Shown here piece after piece: positions 17,237-24,000 of a stretch of 24,000 nt of DNA. A model generated the notes under the pieces. That model was not told the DNA's origin. It saw only the letters and a list, made by a program, of their open reading frames with translations, and searched no databases. The number at the start of each line of letters is the position of its first letter. The first letter of the stretch is position 1. Source of the DNA: an uncultured Thermoplasmatales archaeon (GTDB taxonomy: Archaea > Thermoplasmatota > E2 > DHVEG-1); assembly GCA_964640555.1 (NCBI GenBank), contig CAZXHI010000093.1, positions 45 through 24,044 of the forward strand. The letters run 5' to 3'. Made by a program: the position numbers and the translations under genes.

Positions 17237-18166
17237 TTAAACTGGCCTTAGTGTTCCTGCAAATACCTGCCATGCTAAAGCTGATTTTGCAATTAAACTT
17301 AGGACAATATACATTCTTTCCCCATATAGATAATCTTTCCATTTGCCAATTTTTTTGTATTGGAGAAACATGTTTATTGCAAATAAGTTAAAGAATATTG
17401 CAATAGTAATAAATATTACAATTACAAAATCAGGAACTGATTCTGCAGTTATTAGTGGAATGAAGATAACAATCCATGGAATAAATCCTGAAATACAGCC
17501 AATAGAATAGGATGTCCAATTTGTTTTTTCGGTTGTTTGATTATGTAACTCCATCATTAATCCCATTAGATTCATTACAGCGGTTAATGTGAATAATGCG
17601 ATGATTGTACCAATATCGTAAATTGTAACAAGCATTGAAATAATAACTATCATTAGAGATGCACTTAATGAATATTCAATCCATCTTGCCGGATTCATAT
17701 GTTTTTTAAGTTTTTTTACATACCACTTATAAAGAACAGTTGCAATAAGAAAATGTGCTGTTGCAGACATAAATATAAAAAGTGCTACTAATGGCCCAAT
17801 ACGAACATCGATAAATGATACTGCAACTGGGATAATTGTTTGAGTTGTTGTGTTATATTCCGGTGTTGAATAAGTTAACGGTAGAGCAAAATCCTTACTG
17901 AGAATTAGTATTAAACAACCTTGGATAAAATGAAAAAAACCCATGATTGCATTGAACCTTCTTAATCTGGTAAAACATTCTTCTCCAATTTTAGTAAAAC
18001 AATCTACTGTTTTTGAATTTGTTTCTTCTGATGGAAAAGTAAATTTTCCATATGTATTACAATTTGGACAACTTAATTCAATTGTTTGATTAAGTCCCCC
18101 TTTTACATTAAATTGATGTTTACAATTTGGACAACTTATTTCCTTTTCAATAAATTTAGCTTTCAT
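17237..18166 (-). CDS. Heliorhodopsin with N-terminal zinc-ribbon domain (309 aa)
   Basis: Matches heliorhodopsin family blocks as I recall them from the prototype 48C12: 'RRFNAIMGFFHFIQ' (TM1 His79), 'SATAHFLI' (His138), 'NPARWIEYSLSASLMIVII' (counterion Glu164) and 'QYKKIGKWKDYLYGERMYIVLSLIAKSALAWQVFAGTLRPV' (Schiff-base Lys294, codon 17287-17285). Residues 1-66 are an extension carrying C12-P-N-C15 ... C33-P-N-C36 (MJ0042-like CPxC-x17-CPxC zinc ribbon) plus C56 and C64. There is no internal Met before residue 75, which lies inside TM1. Confidence 0.93.
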   Translation of the reverse strand: MKAKFIEKEISCPNCKHQFNVKGGLNQTIELSCPNCNTYGKFTFPSEETNSKTVDCFTKIGEECFTRLRRFNAIMGFFHFIQGCLILILSKDFALPLTYSTPEYNTTTQTIIPVAVSFIDVRIGPLVALFIFMSATAHFLIATVLYKWYVKKLKKHMNPARWIEYSLSASLMIVIISMLVTIYDIGTIIALFTLTAVMNLMGLMMELHNQTTEKTNWTSYSIGCISGFIPWIVIFIPLITAESVPDFVIVIFITIAIFFNLFAINMFLQYKKIGKWKDYLYGERMYIVLSLIAKSALAWQVFAGTLRPV

Positions 18167-18277
18167 ATTTTCTATCCAAAATTTATGAATTCAGTTATGA
18201 TAAAAGAATGTATCGATTTTTACCTAATATCAAATCTCCATCAAAATCAGCAAGTAATAAAGTTACTCTTTTTATTT

Positions 18278-18332
18278 TATACACAATAAATAATTAAACC
18301 TCTGGTTATATCTTCAGCTTGGTTACAAAATC
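18278..18332. repeat. att-like site B: left arm X plus core plus right arm Z (the complete site)
   Basis: tatacacaataaataattaaaCCTCTGGTTatatcttcagcttggttacaaaatc. The left 30 nt match 19537-19566 at 29/30. The right 34 nt match 17154-17187 at 32/34. Confidence 0.85.
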
Positions 18333-18340
18333 TGTTTAAT

Positions 18341-18373
18341 TTTTTGAAATATAAACAATAAATAATTAAATCT
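18341..18373. repeat. Extra copy of arm X without a core
   Basis: tttttgaaatataaacaataaataattaaatct matches 19528-19560 (tttttaaaatataaacaataaataattaaacct) at 31/33. Lies 8 nt from the end of site B. Confidence 0.8.
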
Positions 18374-18553
18374 ATTTATCTTCCCCTTCTTTAAGATTAA
18401 TAATGACTAGCTTCACTTACCTCCTTTTATGTTCAGCTTCTAAATTTCTAAATAGTAGGACAGACCATATTTTTTCCACCTTTTAGAACACTGTAAAAAG
18501 GGTTAAGTTAATAGCATTGAAAAAGCCTATTCTGGGTATCCAACAAAATTTTT

Positions 18554-19429
18554 TTATGGAAGTGGCATTTCCACAATTTTTACATGCTGTGCATAACCAA
18601 GATAATAACAAGATAATCCGTTTTGGATAACTGTCCCACGAAAATCAGTTATACCAACATACCAGTATCCCCATTCTAACATGTCTCCAAAACCTTTCTT
18701 CCGAATGTTTCCATACATTGAGGTGTCATTCCAACTAACCTCTCCGTTTTGTCCAGATGACCACAACCATCCCCTTGAAGGATTATAATATGTATCATCC
18801 CCTCCGAATGTTTCAGAATATCCTATACCTATGGTGGCATTTATATCAAATGGAAATAAATTTTCAATTTCATCTAGATCAAAATCAAACAACCATTTGA
18901 AATAAGGTGATAAAAACCCTAGACTATTAATCAGAAATAATTCAAAGTTAGTAAACCTACCCCAAACACGAGTGTTTGAAATTTCTCCACAAATTTCGCA
19001 ATCCCAGTTTTCATTTTCACCGTAGGTAATAACATCAGAATGAGATATTTTTTCTAATAATCCATTTCCCCCTTGATTTGGGTTTATCCTAAATGGTATA
19101 TCAAATGTTTCTTTGGTAAGTAACCATGAAATTAAATTAAGTTTATTTAGCTCTATTATGGTATCAATAAATAAAAATTCTTCTTTTTCCATATTTGTTT
19201 TCTCATCCAATTTGTTATACAATTTATCAAAAAGCGCATCGAGTCTTTCAACATCTTCTGTAGACAATCTCACATTATATTTTTTTATTCCATTGACATT
19301 ACATATTTGAACTGTTGTAATCACATGATCCTGTTTTGATATTGGTGGATGTATATCATAAGCTAACGTTTGAGTAATAAATAACCCAATAACGATAATC
19401 ACGATTCCTGGAGTTAACATATTCTTCAT
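18554..19429 (-). CDS. Hypothetical secreted or membrane-anchored protein (291 aa), W/Y/G-rich C-terminal domain
   Basis: N-terminal hydrophobic signal/anchor 'GIVIIVIGLFITQTLA'. The rest has no motif I recognise (…YYNPSRGWLWSSGQNGEVSWNDTSMYGN…EWGYWYVGITDFRG…). Confidence 0.6.
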   Translation of the reverse strand: MKNMLTPGIVIIVIGLFITQTLAYDIHPPISKQDHVITTVQICNVNGIKKYNVRLSTEDVERLDALFDKLYNKLDEKTNMEKEEFLFIDTIIELNKLNLISWLLTKETFDIPFRINPNQGGNGLLEKISHSDVITYGENENWDCEICGEISNTRVWGRFTNFELFLINSLGFLSPYFKWLFDFDLDEIENLFPFDINATIGIGYSETFGGDDTYYNPSRGWLWSSGQNGEVSWNDTSMYGNIRKKGFGDMLEWGYWYVGITDFRGTVIQNGLSCYYLGYAQHVKIVEMPLP

Positions 19430-19527
19430 TTACGCATCCATTGTATTATAAGGAACGTAATAAAATATAAATGTTATGCAAAAGTAAATCAGTCAGAATT
19501 ATTACTTACATCTTATTCATTTTATGG

Positions 19528-19566
19528 TTTTTAAAATATAAACAATAAATAATTAAACCTCTGGTT
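19528..19566. repeat. att-like site C: left arm X plus core, overlapping the methyltransferase stop codon
   Basis: tttttaaaatataaacaataaataattaaaCCTCTGGTT. The minus strand reads ...AAA CCA GAG GTT TAA (K P E V stop) of the 19553-20383 gene. Confidence 0.85.
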
Positions 19567-20383
19567 TTCTGCCTATCGCATAGAATTGTGGAAAGAAGTT
19601 GAGTTGTACGCCCTCATCAAGTGATTTTAGATATTCATATTCCCATTTGTCGATTTCTTCTTCGGAAAGCCCTGCACCTTTCAGTGCTTTTACATAGAAA
19701 TCCCTTGCGTGTAGGTAATATGATTTATCCTCTTCACAACTCCATATACGATTGTTTCCTATGCCTACTTTAGTTTCAAGTCCTGCCCTTACAAATAGCA
19801 AACGAAGTTTTCTACCGATGTGTGGATCCCCTCCCCGCTCTTTGATTGCTTTACCAGCAAATACTACATCAATCTTTGGGTTTTCAGGATAGTGTAATTT
19901 GCCACCGTAATCAGGTTCAAGAGATGCAAGTACTCTACCACCAGGTTTTGTAACACGCGTCATTTCATTGACTACCTTCTGTGGATTGTCTACCCACATA
20001 AAAAAAAGATTGCAGGTGACAATATCAAAAGTATTATCTCTAAATGGAATGGTTTCCGCACTACCAACGTACAGATCCACGTTTTTATAGTCTTTGAGAA
20101 TGTTTTTTGCTACTTCTATCATATCGCCCGACCCATCTATTCCAATCACTTTACCCTTCGTAAGGTGAGCAATATCCTTTGTAACGGTTCCTGATCCGCA
20201 GCCCACATCTAAAACATTTTCTGCATCCTTAAGCCCCACTTCTAGATACAGAGGTATCCTTTCTTCTGCTGTTTCCAATGCCTGCAGTTCCAATTTTTTA
20301 ATGAAATCATTTAGATCCTCTTTTGATCTTTTATGAAATTCAATATTCTTCTTTTTCTTCATTTTAATGACAAAAACAGACAT
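19553..20383 (-). CDS. Class I SAM-dependent methyltransferase
   Basis: Motif I 'VLDVGCGSGTVT', then 'VIGIDGS', 'FDIVTCNLFFMWV' and 'MTRVTKPGGRV'. An alternative start is the ATG at 20362 (MKKKKN...). Confidence 0.85.
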   Translation of the reverse strand: MSVFVIKMKKKKNIEFHKRSKEDLNDFIKKLELQALETAEERIPLYLEVGLKDAENVLDVGCGSGTVTKDIAHLTKGKVIGIDGSGDMIEVAKNILKDYKNVDLYVGSAETIPFRDNTFDIVTCNLFFMWVDNPQKVVNEMTRVTKPGGRVLASLEPDYGGKLHYPENPKIDVVFAGKAIKERGGDPHIGRKLRLLFVRAGLETKVGIGNNRIWSCEEDKSYYLHARDFYVKALKGAGLSEEEIDKWEYEYLKSLDEGVQLNFFPQFYAIGRKPEV

Positions 20384-20458
20384 TACTCTGTTCAGTATAA
20401 ATTTTTCTTAAAATCAACCTCTACTTTTTTAAATAGATGACTTTTATTCAGTATCCAT

Positions 20459-21757
20459 ATGAAAGAAGTTATCCTTCAGGTTGCATTAGACCTTCTAAAT
20501 GAACATAGAGCACTTTCTATAGCCCAAGATTCAGTAAAGGCCGACAAAGACTGTTGGCTAGAAGCAGGGACCCCCCTGATCAAAAGCGAGGGTATGGACA
20601 TAATAAGAAAACTCAAGCAAACATTTCCAGATAAAACAATCGTTGCTGATATGAAAATCATGGACACTGGTGCGCTTGAGGTTGAGATGGCGACTAAAGC
20701 TGGAGCAGATGTCGTATGTGTGCTCGCTGCATCTGACGATAGCACAATAAAAGATGCATTGAAATCTGCAAGGAAATATGGCTCAAGAATCATGGTTGAT
20801 CTAATCGGCGTTAAAGACAAGGTAACTCGTGCAAAAGAACTAGAAAAACTAGGTGCCGATTACCTATGTATACATATTGGTATAGATGAACAAATGATTG
20901 GAAAAAAACCTATTGATGTTCTTACATCTATCGTTAAAAAAACCGAAATACCAGTCGCCGTTGCTGGCGGACTAAACAGCGAGACTGTTGCAGAGATTGC
21001 CAAGGCGGGTGCAAGTATAATTATTGTAGGTGGTGCTATCACCAAGGCCAAAGATGTAATCAAGGCAACAAAACAAATAAAAAAAGCAATAATCGAAAAA
21101 AAACCTATTGAGTCTACTCTTTTTAATAAATACGATAAAGCTCACCTGAAAGAAGCATTTTCAATGGTTTCTACGCCAAATATCTCCGATGCGATGCATA
21201 GACAGGGCGCAATGCAAGGCATTAAACCTGTTGTTTCTGGCTTCCATATGGTTGGCAGGGCACTCACTGTTCGTACGATTGATGGAGATTGGGCAAAACC
21301 TATAGAAGCAATAGATGAAACAAATAGGGGCGAGGTTGTAGTAGTGGACGTAAATGGCGGAAAAACAGCAATCTGGGGAGAACTCGCAACGTGGAGTGCA
21401 AAGCTTAAGGGACTTGCTGGCGTGGTGATTGATGGAACAGTTAGGGATCTTGACGATATCGTGAAAATGGATTTCCCAATTTTTTGTAGACATATTGCCC
21501 CAAACGCTGGTGAACCAAAAGGTTTTGGAGAGATCGGTGCTGAAATAAAATGTGGTGGTCAAACCGTAAGAACCGGTGATTGGATTATCGGTGATGATTC
21601 AGGAGTCGTTGTGGTACCGCAGGAAATATCCCAGGAAATTGCCAACCGTTCATTAGGTGTTAAAGAGACTGAGAACCGCATCAGAGAAGAAATAAAAAGC
21701 GGCGGTTCACTTGGAAGTATCCTTAAATTAAAGAAATGGGAGAAGAAAGTGGGATGA
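20459..21757 (+). CDS. Fusion protein: 3-hexulose-6-phosphate synthase (OMPdecase/HUMPS fold) plus RraA-like domain
   Basis: The N-terminal half shows HPS features: 'LQVALDLL', 'IVADMKIMDTG', 'GADVVCV', 'MVDLIGV' and 'VAVAGGLNSET...IIIVGGAITKA'. The C-terminal half shows RraA / HMG-aldolase features: 'NISDAMHRQGAM', 'GRALTVRT', 'GEVVVVDVNGG...AIWGELATWSAKLKGLAGVVIDGTVRDLDD' and 'GDDSGVVVVP'. Confidence 0.85.
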   Translation: MKEVILQVALDLLNEHRALSIAQDSVKADKDCWLEAGTPLIKSEGMDIIRKLKQTFPDKTIVADMKIMDTGALEVEMATKAGADVVCVLAASDDSTIKDALKSARKYGSRIMVDLIGVKDKVTRAKELEKLGADYLCIHIGIDEQMIGKKPIDVLTSIVKKTEIPVAVAGGLNSETVAEIAKAGASIIIVGGAITKAKDVIKATKQIKKAIIEKKPIESTLFNKYDKAHLKEAFSMVSTPNISDAMHRQGAMQGIKPVVSGFHMVGRALTVRTIDGDWAKPIEAIDETNRGEVVVVDVNGGKTAIWGELATWSAKLKGLAGVVIDGTVRDLDDIVKMDFPIFCRHIAPNAGEPKGFGEIGAEIKCGGQTVRTGDWIIGDDSGVVVVPQEISQEIANRSLGVKETENRIREEIKSGGSLGSILKLKKWEKKVG

Positions 21758-22740
21758 GTAAAGTTATATTTTTTACGGTTTTTAAAAAATTTCATGATGC
21801 GTTAGCCCATTTTAATATCGAGAGTTTTGCCGGAAAAAAAGTTCCTGTCAAACTTCACATGGGTGAACTCAAAAACAAGTATTTTCCCAAACCTGAATTT
21901 GTAAAACACGTGATTGACGAGTTGAAACTGGCACATGTAGAACCATATCTCTTTGATACAACTGTTGCTTATCCTGGACTGAGGCATTCTAAAACTGGCT
22001 ATCGCAAACTAGTTGAAATACATGGTTTTACCGCAAAAAAAGTCGGTTGTGACGTAGTGATAGATGATAAAGGCGTTCCAATTACTGTTGAAAACAGAGA
22101 GTATAAGGTTGCTGAGCATCTCGTCGAGTCGACCCATATCTTTGCTTTGTCTCATGTAAAGGGCCATGTTGCAACAGGAATGGGTGGAGCCATTAAGAAT
22201 TTTGGTATGGGTGGTGTAACAAAAGAAACGAAAATGCGGATGCATCACGGCAGCAGACCCATTTATCAAAAAGACGCTTGCACATATTGTGGTGCCTGTG
22301 CCGAAGTATGCCCGTTTAATGCTTTAAAAGTAAAGGAGAATAGTTGGAAACAAAATATGAAATCTTGTTTTGGATGTGGAGTATGCGTTGATGCATGCAA
22401 GAGTGGTGCCTTAACATATAAGGATGCTGATTTTCAATATGTCCTTGCGTGTGCAGCAAAGGCATGTGTTCAAGATAAAAATGTGATCTACCTAAATGAA
22501 ATAAAACGGATTGCAAGAAGCTGTGATTGTGACCCATTTGCAGGACCAGTTATATGTCCAGATATTGGTTATCTTGTATCTGATGATCCCGTGGCAATAG
22601 ACAAGGCATCTTTAGATCTTGTCAATGATGTTAAAAAGGATGTTTTTGAAAAAGAAAATAATATTAGTCCATTAAAACAAATAAAATATGGTGAGGAGAT
22701 AGGACTAGGATCTCCCTCATACCAACTTATTGAAATTTAG
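21754..22740 (+). CDS. DUF362-domain protein with 2x[4Fe-4S] ferredoxin insert
   Basis: 'VPVKLHMGE', 'FDTTVAY' and 'SHVKGH...GMGGAIKNFGMG' are DUF362-like. Two cluster motifs are present: 'CTYCGACAEVCP' and 'CFGCGVCVDAC'. I prefer the ATG at 21754, which overlaps the upstream stop as ATGA (translational coupling). The track ORF begins at 21736. Confidence 0.8.
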   Translation: MSKVIFFTVFKKFHDALAHFNIESFAGKKVPVKLHMGELKNKYFPKPEFVKHVIDELKLAHVEPYLFDTTVAYPGLRHSKTGYRKLVEIHGFTAKKVGCDVVIDDKGVPITVENREYKVAEHLVESTHIFALSHVKGHVATGMGGAIKNFGMGGVTKETKMRMHHGSRPIYQKDACTYCGACAEVCPFNALKVKENSWKQNMKSCFGCGVCVDACKSGALTYKDADFQYVLACAAKACVQDKNVIYLNEIKRIARSCDCDPFAGPVICPDIGYLVSDDPVAIDKASLDLVNDVKKDVFEKENNISPLKQIKYGEEIGLGSPSYQLIEI

Positions 22741-22755
22741 AAGATGGTTTTTCGC

Positions 22756-24000
22756 CTATTTCTTTACAACCTGTGGTTTATAGATAAATGCTATGATTGC
22801 TGCTATAAAACACAATGCTGCTGCAGGATAAAATGCATATGTGAAACTCAATCCTGCATCTTGAACAGTTCCTGCAAGAATTGGTCCAACTATTCCACCA
22901 ATTCCATATGCTGTAAATACATATCCATAGTTTAAACCAATGTTTTCTGCACCAAAACTATCAGCTGTCGCTGATGGGAATAATGCAAAGTTTCCACCAA
23001 AGTTAAAACCAATAAGAGCAGCTGCTACATAGAAGAACATTGGATTTGATGTTGTATAGAAAAATGCAAGCACCATAAACCCTTGGAAAACACACATTAT
23101 TATTAGTGCCTTTCTTCGTCCGATATTATCAGAGATTTTACCCCAGATTATTCTTCCAAGACCGTTAAAAATAGGGAGACATATAGCAGCACCAACCACA
23201 GCAATATCGGCTGCTTGAGCAGCTAATGGATTTGCAGGGTTGGCAAAACCGTCAACTGGGCTTTTTGCAAAGTTTTGAATGTTACCAATAACCATTAAAC
23301 CTGCAAGTGCACCTATTAGAAACATCATCCATAGTAGGTAAAACTGGCGTGTTTTAAGCATCTCTTTAGGTAACAAGCCACCTGATTTCTTACCAGTTTT
23401 TTCCTCAACAGGGGGATTGTATCCTTTTGGAAGCCAACCAGCAGGTGGGTTAATCATAACAAGACTTCCAATGGTGACAAGCACTAGAAATGCAATTCCA
23501 TATATTATGAACGCTCCATCAACATTTGCAACTGTATATAAACCATTTTGAAGGGTAATTAAGCCATTAAAACCAAGGATGGATGGTGGTCTGGCCATAA
23601 GTATCCATATAAATGCTCCAAAACCAAAACCAGCAACGGCTAGACCGGATACAAGTCCTTTTTTATCTGGGAACCATTTAATTCCAACACCAATTGGTAC
23701 AACATACGCAAGACCAATACCAGCACCACCCATAAGGCCTAAGAATATTAGTTTCAATGGGAAATTAGCACCAGTAAATCCTGCTAATATATATCCAATA
23801 CCAAGCATTGCACCACCTAGTAGTGCTATGTTTCTAGGTCCATATTTCTTCTGAAGTCGCCCACCTATTATTGTGAAGATTGCAAATGTCACTAGACCTG
23901 CACTAAATATTGCTTGTGTTTCTGTTGATGAGAATGCATATTCACTAATAATTGCTGGTGAAGTTGTTGTCGCTGGAACGCCTTTTAATGGTGTTGTAAA
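22756..24000 (-). CDS. MFS transporter, oxalate/formate antiporter (OFA)-like; the N-terminus runs off the right window edge
   Basis: Polytopic protein with 'WFPDKKGLVSGLAVAGFGFGAFIW'. The track ORF starts at an internal GTG (23892). The same frame stays open to position 24000 (...FTTPLKGVPATTTSPAIISEYAFSSTETQAIFSAGLVTFAIF...), so the gene is 5'-truncated by the window. Confidence 0.85.
   Translation of the reverse strand, partial: FTTPLKGVPATTTSPAIISEYAFSSTETQAIFSAGLVTFAIFTIIGGRLQKKYGPRNIALLGGAMLGIGYILAGFTGANFPLKLIFLGLMGGAGIGLAYVVPIGVGIKWFPDKKGLVSGLAVAGFGFGAFIWILMARPPSILGFNGLITLQNGLYTVANVDGAFIIYGIAFLVLVTIGSLVMINPPAGWLPKGYNPPVEEKTGKKSGGLLPKEMLKTRQFYLLWMMFLIGALAGLMVIGNIQNFAKSPVDGFANPANPLAAQAADIAVVGAAICLPIFNGLGRIIWGKISDNIGRRKALIIMCVFQGFMVLAFFYTTSNPMFFYVAAALIGFNFGGNFALFPSATADSFGAENIGLNYGYVFTAYGIGGIVGPILAGTVQDAGLSFTYAFYPAAALCFIAAIIAFIYKPQVVKK

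Larger units (their letters stand above)
17154..18307 (-). mobile_element. Putative integrated single-gene module E2 (about 1.15 kb, cargo = Zn-ribbon heliorhodopsin), bounded by att-like sites A and B
   Basis: Flanked by direct copies of the core CCTCTGGTT (17154-17162 and 18299-18307). Arms follow the hybrid pattern described in the findings. Confidence 0.45.
18299..19566 (-). mobile_element. Putative integrated single-gene module E1 (about 1.26 kb, cargo = secreted hypothetical protein), bounded by att-like sites B and C
   Basis: Flanked by direct copies of the core CCTCTGGTT (18299-18307 and 19558-19566). Site C supplies the last codons and the stop of the methyltransferase gene. Confidence 0.45.

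Noticed and set aside
17206-18289. The + strand ORFs 17206-17391 and 18086-18289 at the two ends of the heliorhodopsin gene
   Set aside because: Both overlap the heliorhodopsin coding sequence in antisense and extend into repeat or intergenic DNA. They have no motifs.
17154-19566. The repeated 30-34-nt sequences might be a CRISPR array
   Set aside because: There are only three or four copies. They are separated by 1.1-1.3 kb that contain full-length genes. The copies share different arms rather than one uniform repeat, and there are no cas genes.
20476-21795. Antisense ORFs within the HPS-RraA gene (20476-20820, 20860-21063, 21161-21562, 21559-21795)
   Set aside because: The opposite strand encodes a continuous 432-aa protein with two recognisable domains, so these are shadow ORFs.
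22744-22935. 63-aa Cys-rich ORF (12 Cys) that looks like a small disulfide-rich or metal-binding peptide
   Set aside because: It is fully antisense to the 3' end of the MFS transporter gene. The Cys codons (TGC/TGT) are the reverse complements of the abundant Ala/Thr codons (GCA/ACA) of the membrane protein.

Overview
Visibly AT-rich archaeal chromosomal segment. Archaeal markers are cloverleaf tRNA-Glu(UUC) and tRNA-Gln(UUG) without encoded CCA, Elp3, RtcA, an HPS fusion protein and DUF89; many starts have Shine-Dalgarno-like GGAGG/GGTGA motifs. I support about 27 protein genes, 2 tRNAs and several repeats. Most are housekeeping or transport genes: ThiS/ThiF, cold-shock protein, CinA-C/PncC, RtcA, PrsW, a metallophosphoesterase, PiT plus its DUF47 partner, MarC, DUF89, Elp3, hemerythrin, an ABC-2 exporter, FolD, a SAM methyltransferase, HPS-RraA, a DUF362 Fe-S protein and an OFA-type MFS transporter. 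The main find is at 17.1-19.6 kb. (1) The 309-aa ORF is a clear heliorhodopsin with an N-terminal CPNC...CPNC zinc ribbon of about 65 aa, predicted to be cytoplasmic. (2) That gene and the neighbouring gene for a secreted protein of unknown function each sit in a module of about 1.2 kb. Three att-like sites bound the modules; they share a 9-bp core (CCTCTGGTT) and have arms in the pattern M-O-X / Z-O-X / Z-O-W. That pattern is expected from tandem site-specific integration of two small circular single-gene elements into the 3' end of the methyltransferase gene, just upstream of folD. No recombinase lies next to the modules. The only one in the window is a tyrosine integrase truncated by the left edge (1-1054, minus strand), which is missing from the supplied ORF track. 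The left 4.6 kb has low coding density and holds that integrase, an orphan Doc/Fic toxin and the tRNA pair, so it looks like an accessory region. All family assignments come from motif recognition by eye; no database search was possible.
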